A stretch of 64,000 nucleotides of DNA from Scenedesmus sp. PABB004 (GCA_014905635.1 CM026548.1:1364001-1428000), one strand, 5' to 3'. Counted from the stretch's first letter, positions 11,513-24,262 are shown. Notes: generated by a model from the letters alone, not told the origin. Made by a program: numbers and translations.

Positions 11513-14500
11513 TCAGAAGGTGGTGGAGCTGCGCGCCGCCGCGCCGCCGCCGCGGCTGCTGCGCTCCGCCTCGAGGCTGGTCAGGCGCTCCACGAGCGCG
11601 CGGTTCTCAGCCATGAGGCACGACATGGCCTGGCAGGCGAGGCGGGGCAGGCGGGCGACCCGGCGGGGCGGTGGTGAGAGTGGTGAGAGTGTGTGGTCAG
11701 GCGGGCGGGGCCGGGCCAGCCTCCGCGCCCCGCGCGCCGCGCACGGCGCCGCCGCTGCCGCCGCTGCCGCGGCGTCCGCGCACCTGCTGCGCCGCGTCGA
11801 GCGCGCCCTTGGCGCTGCTGTACTCGTCGTACTCGAGGTGCGACGCCGCGCCGAGCTCGTCCTGCAAGGCCGCGCAGCACGCGCAGCACACGCAGCACGC
11901 GCAGCACGCGGCGCGCGGCGGGCGGGGTCAGGCCGCGCGCGCGCGCGCGCGGGCGCGGGCGCGGCGCGGCGTTGCGCGGCGGTGCGCTGCCGCCCCTTGG
12001 CGCAGCGCCGCGCGGGCCCCGGGCGCCGGCGCGCGCGCGCGACGCGCCTGCACGACCATGGGCAGCTGCTGCCCCGCCTCCTCGAACTGCGCGCAGAAGG
12101 CCACGTAGCGCGCGTACGAGGCGTCGAGCATCGCGTACAGCGAGTCGACCTGGTTGGGGTTTTGGGGATTGAGGAGGGTACAGGGTTCGGGGTTCAGGGT
12201 TTGGGGGCGAGCGGGGCGCGTGCAGCGGGAGAGGTGGCGGCGGCACGGCGCGGTCCCGCGCAGCCCTCTCTCCTCGCTGCCCTCCTGAACCCCGGGCGCG
12301 AGCCGCGCGGCGCGCACCCTGTCGCCGAGCAGGAGGCGCTTGAGCACGATGAGGTCGCTGTGCTCACGGTTGAGCGCGTACGCAGCGCCCCACCTGCACA
12401 CGCGGCGCGGCGCGGCGCGTGCTCGGCGGCAGCGCAGCGTGCGGCGCGCGGCAAGCGGCATGCGCGGCGCGGGCGAAAAGGGGGGAGGGAGGGCGGCGTG
12501 GGGCGTGGCGCGCACTTGTAGTCGCGCACGGGCTGCTCCGGCGCCTTGCCGCCCGCGAGGCCGAGGCCGCTGAGCACCGCCTCGTCCTTCACCTGAGAAG
12601 GGGGGGGCACGGAGGTTAGGGGTCAGGGCTGGCTGCGGGTCTGCCGCGGCCGCCGCGCGGCCGCCGCACGGCGCGGCGCGGCGCGGGGTTTAGGGCCCCT
12701 GCGGCGCGGCGCGGCTGGCACTGTGGCGCACCGCCTCGCTCTTGTTGGAGGTGATGACCGCGAGGGGCAGCGCCTCGGCGCTCAGGCCCAGCGCGGACAG
12801 CACGTCGTCGCCGAACGAAAAGGCCGCGTACTCGAGCGGCGGCAGCGGCGCCGCCTTGGCGTCCTTGGGCGCCGCCGCCGCGTAGGTCCCCGGCGACGCG
12901 AGGCGCGTGCGGACCTGCGCGCGCGGCGCGGCGGCGGCGTGCTGCGTGCCAGCCGCGGCCCGCGGGCCACCGCGCAACAACCACATCACCGCGGCGGCGA
13001 CGGCGGCGGCGGCGGCGGCGGTCGCGGCGGTCGCGGCGGGCCGCGACCGGGCGCGGCGGGGGTCGCGTCACCTCCTTGCGGAACGCGCGCAGCTCGTCGT
13101 CGGTCATGGTGTCGGCCTTGGCGATCACGGGGATGACGGTGACCTGGGGGTGGTTTAGGGTACAGGGTTTAGGGGGGCGGTGCACAGGGGGAGGGCGATG
13201 TTTAGGGTTCAAGGGTCGAACGGCGAGGGCGCGGGCCGCAGGGGACGGGCCCGGGGGGGAGGGCGTGCGGCGGGCGCTGCGCTGCGCTGCGCTGCGCCGC
13301 GCTGCGCTGCGCGGCCGCTGGCCGCACCAGCTGGCTGAGCGCGGAGAGCAGCACGAGGTCGACCTTCTTGAGCCTGTGGGGCGTGATGAAGTAGAGGCAG
13401 GCGGTCACGCTGTGCGACAGCTGCCCGCACATCGCGCTCTGCGTCAGGCTGCGCCCGCCCGCGAGCAGCGCGTAGTCCTGCGTGTGTGTTTTTTTTTGGG
13501 GGGGGGGGGGGGGGGCGGCGGGACCGGTCAGCAGGGACCGGCGGCGGCGCGCTCGCGCGCTCGCGCGCGCCCGCCGCGCGCATGCCCCCCCCCCTCGGGC
13601 GCCCCCGCGCGCGCGCGCGTGTGCCAGCCAACACACGCACCTTGGCGCGCTGTGTGAGGACGTAGTTGACCAGGACGCGGAGGTAGCGCACGAGGTTGAT
13701 GTCGTCGCTCCACCCGGGCATGTCCTGCGGCGCAGACCGGCGGCGGGGGGCTCAAAACCCCGGCTTGAAGCACCAGCTTGAAACATGGGCTGGCTGTGGG
13801 CGCTGGCGTTTGGGCGCGCGCACGCGCAAGTTGTGGCGGCGCGCGGGAGGGGCTGAGCGAGAGCCCCTCCCCCCCTCCCCGCCCTCCCGAACTGGCGCGC
13901 ACCTGCACGGACACGTGCAGGCGGCGGCCGGCCTCCTTGACGTCCATCGGCTCCAGCACCGTCCTCAGCGAGTCGGGGTCGGCCTGGGCGCGGCGCGCGG
14001 GGTTTGGCGGCCGGTGGCGCTCAGCGGGCTCAGTGGGAGGGGCGTCGGCCCGCGCGCTGGCCGGCGGTGGCGCCCCGCGCGCCTCGCGCCCGCCGGCGAT
14101 GGCGCCGTTGTCGTGCTGCCGTTCCAGTCACCTGGAAGTCGGCGAGGCTGGTGGAGCTGCCGTCGTGGGGCTTGTTGGCCGTGGTGTAGCTGGACACCAG
14201 GTTGCGGATGAACGTGGTCTTGCCCAGCCCGCTCTCGCCTGCGCGCGGGGCGTGTGCAGGGCGCGCGGGCGGGGCGCGCGGGGCGGGTGAGCGGCCGCCG
14301 GCCCCACGCGGGGAGCGCTGCCAGCAGCAGCGCTGCCGGCCGGGGCCGCAGCCAGCAGGGGGCATTTGAGCTTTAAGGGCTGCACCCGCCATGAAGTTCA
14401 CGGCGCCGCCGCTGGCTGCTGCTCACCGACGACCATGAAGTTCACGTAGGAGTCCAGCAGCCGCACGGGCACGCGGGGGCGGCTCTGCCACGCGGCGCGC

Positions 14501-15840
14501 GCGTCGGCGGCGCTGATGCCGTGCGCGGGCGCGGGCGCCGCGGGCGCGGGCGTGGGCGCCGCGGGGCGCGGCGCGGCGGGCGCGGCGCCGGCGGCCCGGG
14601 CCGGCGGCGCGAACGCCGACGACGGGGCCTGGGGGCGCAGCTCGGGGGCTGCGCGCGGAGGTGGGGGGGGGGGGCTCAGAGGGGAGGGGGCGCGCTGCGG
14701 CGTGCAGCCGCGCGTCGCGTGCAGCTGCGCAGCCCCGCCGCACGCACCCACGGCGCCGCTGACCACGGCGGGCTTGGCCGCCAGCTGCGTCGCCTTGGCG
14801 GCGGCCTCGGCCGCCAGCGACAGCGCCACCGGCGCGGGCGCCTGCGCCTTGGGCGCGACGGGGGCCGGCGCGGCGGCCTCCTTGGGCGCCGCCGGCGCCG
14901 GGGCGGGCTCCTGCGCCTTGGGCGCGGCGGGCGCGGGCGGCGCCGGCGGGGCCGGCGGGGCCGGCGCCGGCGCGGGCGGGGCCGGGGCCGGCGCGGCCGG
15001 GGCCGGCGCGGGCGCGGCCGGCGCGGGCGGGGCCGGCGCGGGCGCCGGCTTCTCCACGGGCTTGGGCGCGGGCGCCGCGGGCGCGGGCGCCACGGGCGCC
15101 GCGGGCGCCTTCTGCTCCGCCGCCGCCGGCTTGGGCGCGGGCTGCACCGGCACCTTGATCGGCGCGGGCGCGGGCGGCGCGGGGCGCACCGCCGCGGGCG
15201 TGGCGGTCGCGGGCGCGCCGCCGGTGGACGCGCTCGCCGTCTTGGGCGCGGGCGCGGCCTTGGCGGGCACGGGCGCGGGCGCGGCCTTGGCCGGCGCGGC
15301 CGCGGGCGCCGGCGCCGCCTTCGCGGGCGCGGGCGCGGCAGCCTTGGCCGGCTTGGCGGGCGCGGCCTTGGCCGCCTCCTTGGCGGGCTTGGCCTTGGCG
15401 GGCTTGGCCTCGCCGGCGCCGACGAGGCGCGCGAAGAGGCCGGGCTTGCGCGGCGCGGGCGCGGCCGCGGCGCCCTTGGCGGCGGCCGCGGCGGGCGTGG
15501 CAGCCGGGGCGGCGGGCGCCGCGCCCTTGACCACCATGCCGCCGTCCACGGCCGTCTTGCCTGCGCGCGGCGCGGTGCGGCGCGGCGCGGCGGCGCGGGG
15601 CGGGCGGCGGCGCTGAGCGGGGCGGGCTTGGGAGCAACGCGTCTCCCTGCCGGCTGGACGTAGCTCCACAGCGCTGCTGGCGAGCCGGCGGGCCGGCGCG
15701 GCGCCTGGGCGCGCGGGGCCAGCGCCGATGTCCCGGACGCCCCGCCTGCTGCGCCGCGCAGCTGCCGCGCCCAGCTCACTGGTCGGGGCCTCCTTCTTGC
15801 TCATCCCGAACAGGCCGGAGCCCTGCTTGGTGGGCGCCAT
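11513..15840 (-). CDS. Septin GTPase with long Pro/Ala/Lys-rich N-terminal extension and short C-terminal coiled coil (multi-exon)
   Basis: NFMVVG|ESGLGKTT (G1), DMPGW (G3), CLYFITPHRL, VIPVIAKADTMT (G4), RDYK|WG..HSDLIVLKRLL (septin unique element). Confidence 0.9.
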
Positions 15841-16160
15841 GCGCTGCGCTCGCGGCTGCGCGCCCTCAGCTCTGCAACTGCGGCCTGCGCAGCGGTCGCG
15901 CGCTGCGGGGCGCCTGGCCTGCCCTCGAGCTGCGTGTGGATGCTAGAGTGCGATGTGGCCGCGTGCGAGCGAGCTGGGGGCGGCGGTCGAGCGGGGCCGG
16001 GCGCGGTTCGCGCGCGCCGGGACCTCGCGAGCCGAAGCGCGGCCTCCCGATCACGCCCCAGACCCACGCGCGTTCACCGTGCAAGTCACAGACTGCTGGC
16101 GGTGATTGACAGGCTCGCAGCCCGCCGGCCGGGCAGCCAGCTCTCGCCACCGACCTCGCC

Positions 16161-18099
16161 TCACGCGCCGCAGGCCTGCAGCTGCCCCTCCAGCAGCTGC
16201 AGCGTCTCCTGCATGCCCAGCACCGCAGCCACCAGGCGAGCCTCCTCCTCCGCCGCGCCCGCGTCGCCGGCGCGCGTCGCGTGCTGCGCTGCGGCGGCGG
16301 CCGCGGGCGCCGGCTGGGCCGCGTCCGAGGCGCCGCCGCAGCCCCCCGGCGGCCGGTGCGCCTTGAGCTGCGGCGGCGGCGGCAACCCCGGCGCGCGCTT
16401 CTGCTGCTTGAGCTGCAGCAGCTCCCGCAGCCGCGCGTGACGCCGCTGCGCTGCGAGCTGCTGCCGCGCGGCCTGCCGAGCAGTCGCGCCCAGCGCGCCC
16501 GCCCCCGGCGGTGAGCGCCCGGACGGCCCCTGCCCAGGCGGGCTGCCCCCGCCCGGCGCGTCGGCCGGCCGCCCCTGCTGCTGCGCGGGCGGGAGGGGCT
16601 GCGCCTGGTCGCGCGGCCGCGGCGCGCCGGCCGCCGGCGCCGGTGGCGGCCCGCCAGCGCTGCGCGCCCGCCGTGCGGGGCCGCCGCCGCTGCTGTCGCG
16701 CCCCTGCAGCGCCTGCAGCTGGGCGTGCTGCTCCAGCAGGCGCTGCTCCAGCTTCAACACGTAGCTCTCACGCTGCGCGCAGCGGGCGGCGGCAACGGGG
16801 GCACCAACCTGACTGAGCGCCCCCACGCAGCGCACCCGGCGTCCGGTGCGCGCGTGCAGCGCAGCCCCCGGGCCGCCAGCGCCCGCGCCGCACCTCCTGC
16901 GCCGCCGCCGCCGCCTGCCGCTCCCGGGCCGCCAGTGCGTCGAGCCGTTGCTCCGCTGCCGCCAGGCGCTGCTGCGCCTGCGCTGCCGCACGCCCGAGGC
17001 GCGCGCGCTCGGCCGCCGCCGCCGCGGCCGCCGCCTGGGCCTCGCGCTCCGCCGCGGACAGCTGCTGCCGCAGCGCATCGGCCTGGCGCTCAAGCGCATC
17101 CCGCGCGCGCCGCAGCGCCGCGGCCTCCTGCGGCGAGGCGCAGAGTCGGCGCGCGGGCCGACGGCGGCGCGCCGCGCGGGCGCTGGCGGCTGGCGGCGCC
17201 TGCCGCCTCACCCTGTGCAGGCCGCCGTCGCCCTGCGCCGCCGCCGACGGCGCTTGCGGCGACGGCAGCCACGCAGGCGCGGCGGCACCGACCGCCGCGC
17301 CGGCGCCGGCCGTGGTGGCCGCCACGCTGAGCAGGCCCGCCTCCAGCTCTCGCACGCGTGTCTGCGCCCGCGCCCGGGGCGGGCGGGGCGCGCAGTGCGC
17401 GCGCTCGCTTGCCGCCTCCCCGCACCGAGCGCGCAGCAGGCCGCGCCGCCCCCCATAACCGCCGGCCCCACCTGCAGCTGCTGCGCGCGCCCGGCCTGCG
17501 CGACCAGCGTCCGGTTCTCGGTTGCCACGCGCGTCGCCAGGCCCGCCACGTGCGCAAGGGCGCCCTGCAGCTGCTGCAGCATGCCCTCCAGCGCCGCGAG
17601 GCGGCGGCCGCCGCCGCGCGGGGCTCCCTCGACGCCCGCCCGCAGCGCGCTGACCTGCGCCTGCAGCGCCGTGACCTGCGCGCGCGGGGCAGAGCGGGCG
17701 GTTCGCGCGCGGCGGCTCGCGCGCGGGCGGCGGCCAGCCGCCGCAGCGTGCCGCGCGCGTCGGCCGCCGCCGGGCGCGCGCCTTGGCGGCCAGCTGCTCG
17801 TTGTGCGGCGGCGACGGCGCCCAGCCGTCGCCCGCCACCGCCGCAGCAGCGGCCGCGGACGCCGCCGCGAGCGGCGAGCGGGGCGAGCGGGGCGGCTGCT
17901 CCCACGCAGGCGACGCACTGCCGCTGCGCGTCTGCTGCTGCTGCTGCGCCTGTTGCGCGGGGGAGCCGGGTCCGCACAGCAGCTCCACGCGCTCGTCGTC
18001 GGAAAGCGACTGCAAAAACGAAGGCGCCGCGAGCAGCGCCGCGACGCTCGGCGGCGGCGTGCTGCGCGGCGAGCGCCCGCCGCCGCTGCGCGGCCGCAT
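16161..18099 (-). CDS. Hypothetical coiled-coil protein (multi-exon)
   Basis: Spliceable exons with heptad-like text (VTALQAQVSALRAG, LERQADALRQQL, RESYVLKLEQRLLEQ); no family recognised. Confidence 0.55.
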
Positions 18100-18631
18100 G
18101 CTGGCTGTTGGGCCGGGGGCCTGTGGGCGCTCACGGCAGGGGAGCGGGTCGATGCGGGGCGCCGCTCGCCGCACGGCGGCGGCGCGCAGCGGCGGAGTTT
18201 TGGTTGCCCCGCGCGCGATGCGCGAGACCGTGGGCTGGCGGCGTCGGCAGAGGTCTGAGTAGTGGCGCGGTCGGGGACTGGGCGGGCGGTGCGGAGTGGC
18301 GGCGGCGGCGGCGACAGCCCCGTTCGCGCGTCGCGGCGGTGCAGGGCGCGGCGCGCTGCCTGTCCAGCCGGCGAGCTGCCAGTCCAGCCCAGCCAGCGCC
18401 CGACGGTGTGCCCGCTCCCGTCGACGCCGGGGGCCGCCCTCGCCAGGCCGCGCACTCGGGCTGAGCGCTCGCAGCGCCAGGCTGCCCGCCCCGCCAATCT
18501 GCGCGCCCAGCAGCCTCGCGCCCGCCGCCGGTCGCGCGACGCGCTCGATCCTGGCTGGCCCCGCGCGCCGCGCGGTCCAGGAGCTGCTGCCCCGCCTCGG
18601 GGCCGCGCGCGGCGGCCCGCAGGCGCCCGCC

Positions 18632-18780
18632 ATGACCGGCCTGGCGTCGCTCCTTGGTCGCGGGGGCCGGCCGGGCGGCTCCGGGCGGCCGGCAGCAGCG
18701 CCGCAGCACGGCGGCGGCGGGCCGGCAGCAGCGGCGGCGGCGGCGCCGCCGCGCCCCCGCTGCGCCGCCTGGCTGGCGCC

Positions 18781-18837
<57 letters not shown>

Positions 18838-21819
18838 CTGGGGCGCTCCTGTGCCGCCCGCCGCAGCCGGCGGCCTGGCCCGCCACGCGGTGGCCGCGGG
18901 GGTGCAGTGGCAGGCGCCGGCCGTGCCGCGCTGCGCGCGGGCGGTCAGCTGCAGCAGCAGCACCGGCTGGGCCAGCAGCGGCCTGCCCCCCGCCGGCGGC
19001 GCCCGTGCGCGGGCGCGGCGCTGCGCCGCGTCGGCGGGCGACGCCGCGCCGCCCGAGGCGCAGCACGCCGGCGTCGGCACGGTCGCGCTGCCGCCCGAGC
19101 AGCAGTCGCAGCAGTCGTCGCAGCAGCAGTCGTCGCAGCAGCAGTCGTCGCAGCAGTCGCAGGGCTCGCCCGGTAGCTCGGGCGAGGAGGACGAGGCGGG
19201 CGGCGGCGGCGGCGAGCAGGGGGCGGGGGGCGTCGTGCAGCCCGCCACGCAGCCGATGTACAGCCCGCTGCACTATGATGTGCTGGAGTTTGTCCGCCAG
19301 GTGCAGCGCGGCGCGGCGCGGCGTGATGCGGCGCGGCGCGGCGGGCCCGCGCCAGCGGCACAGCCAGCGGGCCGGCGGCGCGGGGCCGCGCGGCGCGGGG
19401 CCGCGCGGCGCGCGGGTGCCACGCCGAGGCCACGCCGACCGCCGCGCCGCGCCGCGCCGCGCCGCGCCCGCCAGGTCGTGCCCACCGCGGCGGAGCGCGC
19501 CGAGAAGCAGCGTGTCATCCAGTGGTGCGCCGCCCGCCGCGGGCGGCGCCGCGCCCGCGGCTCCCCCCCGCCGCCGCCGCGCGCGCCGCCCGCCGCCCAC
19601 GCTGCCCGCGCCGCCCCGGCTCACCCGCCGCCGCGCACACGCGCGCCGCCGCTGCGCGCCCCAGCGTCGCCGCCGCGACCAAGCGCAGCTTCGAGGGCGT
19701 CCCCGGCGTGCGCGTGCAGCCGTTTGGGTCGTTTGTGAACGGCCTGTCGGCCTGGAACAGCGACGTCGACCTCGTGGTCACCGGCCTCGCCACGCCCTCG
19801 CGCGCCACGGGCGGCTTCAGCGCGCCAGACAAGCGCGTCGTGTACCGCGCCCTCGAGCGCATCGCGGCGGCGCTGCGCAAGTGAGGGCCCAGGCGGCGCG
19901 CCGCCGGGGCGCCGGGGCGCCGGGGCGGAGGGGCGGGCGCCGCCGCGCTGCCGCTCCGCCCCTCCCACCACCGCCAACACGCGCCCACCCGCGCCCGCAC
20001 ACGCACCCACGCCCGCGCCCGCCCGCCCCCCCCCCGCGCCCGCCCGCGCCCGCCCGCCCCGCGCTCTCTCCCTCCGCCGCCAGGCACCGCAAGGTGTCCA
20101 TCCGCAAGCTCGTCATCATCCGCACCGCCCGCATCCCCATCATCAAGCTCGAGACCTCCTCCCGCGTCGTCGCCGACATCAGCCTCGGCGACGCGAGCGG
20201 CCCCAAGGCCGCGCACTACGTCGGCCAGCAGGCGCGCCGCGCCGCCGCGCGCCGCCCGCCGCCCCGCCCACCGCCCACCGCCCCGTGCCCGCCCGCAACA
20301 CCCACACCCGCCCACCGCTCGCCCACCCGCTCGCCCACACCCACCCACCCGCCCACACCCGCCCGCGCACACCGACGCGCAGGCGGCCGCGTACCCGCCG
20401 CTGTCGTCGCTGGTGCTGGTGCTCAAGGTCTTCCTCCGCACCCACGGGCTCAACGAGGTCGCCAACGGCGGGCTCAGCAGCTTCGCGCTCACCAACATGG
20501 TCCTCGCGCACCTCCAGCAGGAGCTCAAGGCGCGCGCGCGCGCGCGCCGCCGCACGCCGCCGCGCCGCCGCGCCGCCGCGCCGCGCCCGCGCGCGCCGCG
20601 CCGCCCGCCCGCCCGCGCTGCCCGCCGCGCCGCGCCGCCCTCATAACCTCCGCCGCCCGCCCGCCCCCGCCGCGCCCTTGTTTCGCCCCTGCCTGGCCCT
20701 CGTTTCGCCCCGTCCCCGCCTTGCAGGAGGGCCACGACGTGTACGACCTGGGCGAGAGCCTCTACGCCTTCCTGCTGCGCTTCGGGGACGAGTTCGACAC
20801 GCGACGCGTGCGCGCGCGCGCGGGGCGCGGGGAGCGCGGGCGGCGCGGGCGCGGGCGCGGGCGGCGCGCAGGGGTGGCGCGCGGGCCTGTGGCGCGCCAG
20901 GGCGGCGGAAGGAGGAGCGGCGGCGGGGGCGGCTGCGGCGGCGGTCGGCGGGCTCGGGCGGGCCGCGGCCGACGTGCCCCCGCCGCTGTGCCGCCGCCGC
21001 AGGACGCGGTGAGCGTGGCGCTCGGCGGCTGCGTGCCGCGCGGCGAGCTGGGGCACCTCGAGGGCGCCGACGGCAGCGGCGAGCGGCTGCTGCTGGAGGA
21101 CCCGCTCACGGGTGCGCTGGCGCGGGGGCGCGCGGGAGCGGGTGGGGTCTCGCGGCCGTCGGCCGCCGCCGCCGCCGTCGCACCCCCCCCCCGCGCCCCA
21201 CGCGCCCCGCCGCCGCGCCCCGCCCGCGCCGCCGCTCTTCCCGCGCCGCCGCCGCGCCGCCGCCAGGCCGCGACGTCGCGTCGGGCAGCTACCGCATCGC
21301 GTCGGTGCAGCTCGCGTTCAGCCGCGCCGCGCGGTGCCTCGAGGCGCTCGCGCAGTCCCGCGGCGCGCCCGGCTGCGGCGGGCGGGGGCGGCTGAACTAC
21401 TTGGAGGCCCTCTTTGACGTGTCGCGCGCGCTCGACCGCTCCGCGGCGCCGCGCCGCGGCGGCGGCTGGGGCGGCCCCGGCGGCGTGCCGCCCGGCCTCA
21501 AGGCGGGGCTGGGCGCCGAGTTCTTCGTGGTGGGCCAGGGCACGCGCTACGTGGTGAGGAGGGGGAGGCGCGAGGGGGAGCGCGCCGCGGGTCGGCGCGC
21601 CGTCCTGCAAGCGGCTGGCCGGTGCGCTTGCCTGGCCGGCTGCTGACGCGCGCGCGCGCGCGCGCGGCGCCGCTGCAGGACCCGCTGGATCAGGCGGAGC
21701 TGTCGCCCGGCGACGACGTGGAGGTGCCGCTGGAGGGCGACGACTGGGACGACGAGCTCGAGGCGCTGCTGTACGGCGAGCGCGGCGGCCGGGGGCGCCG
21801 GCGGCGCGGGCCGCGATGA
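18632..21819 (+). CDS. Non-canonical poly(A) polymerase / terminal nucleotidyltransferase, TRF4/PAPD5-like (multi-exon)
   Basis: SPLHYDVLEF, PFGSFVNGLSAWNSDVDLVV (Pol-beta GS..DxD), ARIPIIKL..DISL, LKVFLRTHGLNEVANGGLSSF, LLLEDP. Confidence 0.9.
18782..18835 (+). repeat. (CAG)18 microsatellite, polyQ in the N-terminus of the TRF4-like protein
   Basis: Perfect CAG run read directly. Confidence 0.95.
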
Positions 21820-21826
21820 CCCGCGC

Positions 21827-22256
21827 GCGGCGGGTGCCGGCGCGCGCCTGTGCAACATCCCTCTGCTGCTGCGCCGGCCGCCGCCGCCGCCCAGCTGCCG
21901 CCGCCGCCGTGCAGCTGCCGCCGCCGCGCACTCGGCTCGCTGCCGCACCGGCGCGCGGCAGGCGGGCGGGCGCGGGGCCCGCGGTTCACGCGGCGGCCGG
22001 CGGCGCGCACAGCCGCACCCGGCCGCCCGTGGGCCACCCTCCCGCACACGCGCACCGCCTCCAGGCCCGGACGGCAGCCGCAGCACGCAGCCGCGCGAGC
22101 GCGCAGCCGAGCCCGCCGCCGTGCTGCTGCACCGCTCACCGCGGTCGAACGCACTGCCCCGCGGCGCCCGTGTGGGCCCTGCGACACCGCCGACCCGCCC
22201 AGGCAGCCGCCGCGCCGGCCCAGCGCCCTCAGGCGCCGCGGCAGCGCCGACAGCAG
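21827..22256 (+). repeat. Element R, copy 3 (between the TRF4-like stop codon and the LRR copy 2 ATG)
   Basis: Reverse complement of 8872-9281 and 6262-6663; starts ~8 bp after TGA 21817-21819. Confidence 0.9.
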
Positions 22257-22271
22257 CGCCCGCGCGCCGCC

Positions 22272-24262
22272 ATGCGCACCCGGCGCGCCGCGCGGCGCGA
22301 GGCCGCCCAGGGTGCGTGGCTGGGAGGGGCGTGCGTGGCAGCGTCAGGCCCGCCAGGGGCGGTGGCCCGCGGCAGGCAGGCCGCCCCCGCAGGCCCACGC
22401 CCGGCGCGCGCCCACGCCGCCCGCCGCTGCTGCCACCCGCCGCCCGCCAGGCGCGGCGGTGGCTGCGGCGGGGACCCTGCACGACGCCTGGTCGCTGCTG
22501 CTGGCGCACCCGGCTGTGTGCGAGGACGTGGGCGTGGTGGCCAAGCTGCTCGCGACCAGCCGCGCCACGCGCGCCGCGGGTGCGGGCTGCGGCGCCGCGG
22601 CAGCGGGCGCGGCGGCGTCGCGCCACGCGTCAGCTGCCGGCTCGGGGCGCTGAATCGCGGTGCTTGACGCGGCCAGCGCGCTCGGCGGCTGCCCCTGACG
22701 TGCCCGCCGCCGCCTTTGCCGCCGCCGCCGTTGCTGCTGCTGCGTCGCGCGCAGTGGACACGCAGTGCTGGGGCCTGCGCGTTGATGGCAAGTGCATCGA
22801 GCTCCAGGCAGAGCCGTTCACCAACTGCTGGCTTCCGCGCCACGCGCACATCCTCGCCGCGCTGAACGTCAGGCAGCACCCAGACGCGGCAGCTGTGGCA
22901 GCCGCGCTGCGCACGGCGGCGGCGGCGCGGCCCCTGCGGCTGCTGGAGTTTGCCGTTTGCGCCCAGCTGGGCCCTGCGGCGGCGCTGCTGCAGGAGCTGC
23001 CCGCCAGCCGCCTCACGTCCCTGGGGCTTGAGGTGCGCGAGGGCAGCGCCGTCTCGCACCTGCCGCGCCTGGCGGCGGCACTATCACGCCTCACGGCCCT
23101 GCGGTCGCTGGAGCTCGACGACGACACCAACGGCAAGGAAGTGCACCGGCTGCTGCCGGCGCTGGCGGGCCACAGGCAGCTCACGCGGCTGGGCGTCAAC
23201 GCCCAGGACGGCCTGGGCGCCCTGCCGGCGAGCCTGGTGCAGCTGAGTTTGTACAACGGCGATGATGACGAGCCCTCAGACACCGCGGTCGACCTGCGCC
23301 ACCTCACCGCGCTGACCGGACTCACCTACACCGCTGGCGCGGGCGACGCGCTGCCGCCCAGCCTGGAGGCGCTGGACGTGGAGTGTGTTTACAACACATA
23401 GCCCCTGCTGGCGCTCACCCGGCTGCGCGAGCTGTCCCTGCGGCACGCCAGCGGGATACCTCCGCACGAGCTGGGCCGGCTCACCGCCCTGGCGCGCCTC
23501 AGCAGCATGGATCTGGGCTACACGTGGGAGACGGACGCCGTGAGCATGGAGGCGCTGCTGGCGGCGGCGCCGGTGTGGCCGCGGCTGCCGCTGGTGGGCC
23601 TGCGCGGCGTCCGGCTGGCGCGTCCCATGCTGCCGCACCTGTCACAGCTGCGCGGCCTCACCATGCTCCAGCTTCAGGGCGCTGCAGAGGAGGGGGGGCT
23701 GCCGAGCGCGGCCGAGCTGGGCGCGGCGCTCGGCCAGCTGACGGCGCTGCGCGACCTTGGTTTGATCGGCGTCCACCTCGCGCCGCCGCCCCTGGCTGCG
23801 GACGGCGCGCCCCAGCCGGCGGCGTCGCTGGCGCCGGTGACGGCGGCGCTGTCGCGGCTGCCCAGCCTGGGCAGATTTGAGCTCTCCTGCAGCCCTGGCG
23901 TGTTTGACGTGGCGGCCGCCGAGGCGCTTGCGCCGCCGGCGCTCACTCGTCTGTGGTTGGGGTACCGCAGCATCGAAGACGCCGCGCTGTGTGCTGTGGC
24001 GCGCCGCCTGCCCGGCCTGATGTCCCTGAGAGTTTCGGACCATGACAGCACGCTGACCGGCGCCGCCCTGCCGGTGCTATGTGAGCGCCTGACGCAGCTC
24101 ACGCACCTGAGAGTCCCGGCGCCGGCAGTCACACTGGCCAACGCGCACTGCCTGAGCGCCCTGGTGCGGCTCAGGGAGCTGTGGGTGTATCCGCTGGCAG
24201 AGGCGGAGCGCCAGGCGGCGCGCCAGGCAGTGTGCAGCGAGTGCCGCGTGGTGGCGTTTTGA
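22272..24262 (+). pseudogene. LRR protein copy 2, inverted paralog of 6908-8855, with in-frame TAG at 23399-23401
   Basis: Same exon/intron layout as copy 1. ECVYNT*PLLAL aligns to DCIDSMEPLLAL (GAG in copy 1, TAG here). The frame continues intact to TGA 24260-24262. Confidence 0.8.

Noticed and set aside
13488..13515. Poly-T/poly-G tract and other G/C homopolymers (e.g. 35099-35115, 35560-35584)
   Set aside because: These are intronic simple sequences of uncertain length, with no independent evidence of function.
23399..23401. Nuclear TAG reassignment (alternative genetic code)
   Set aside because: Only one in-frame TAG was seen, at a Glu position explained by a single G>T change. No conserved housekeeping gene here needs TAG as sense.
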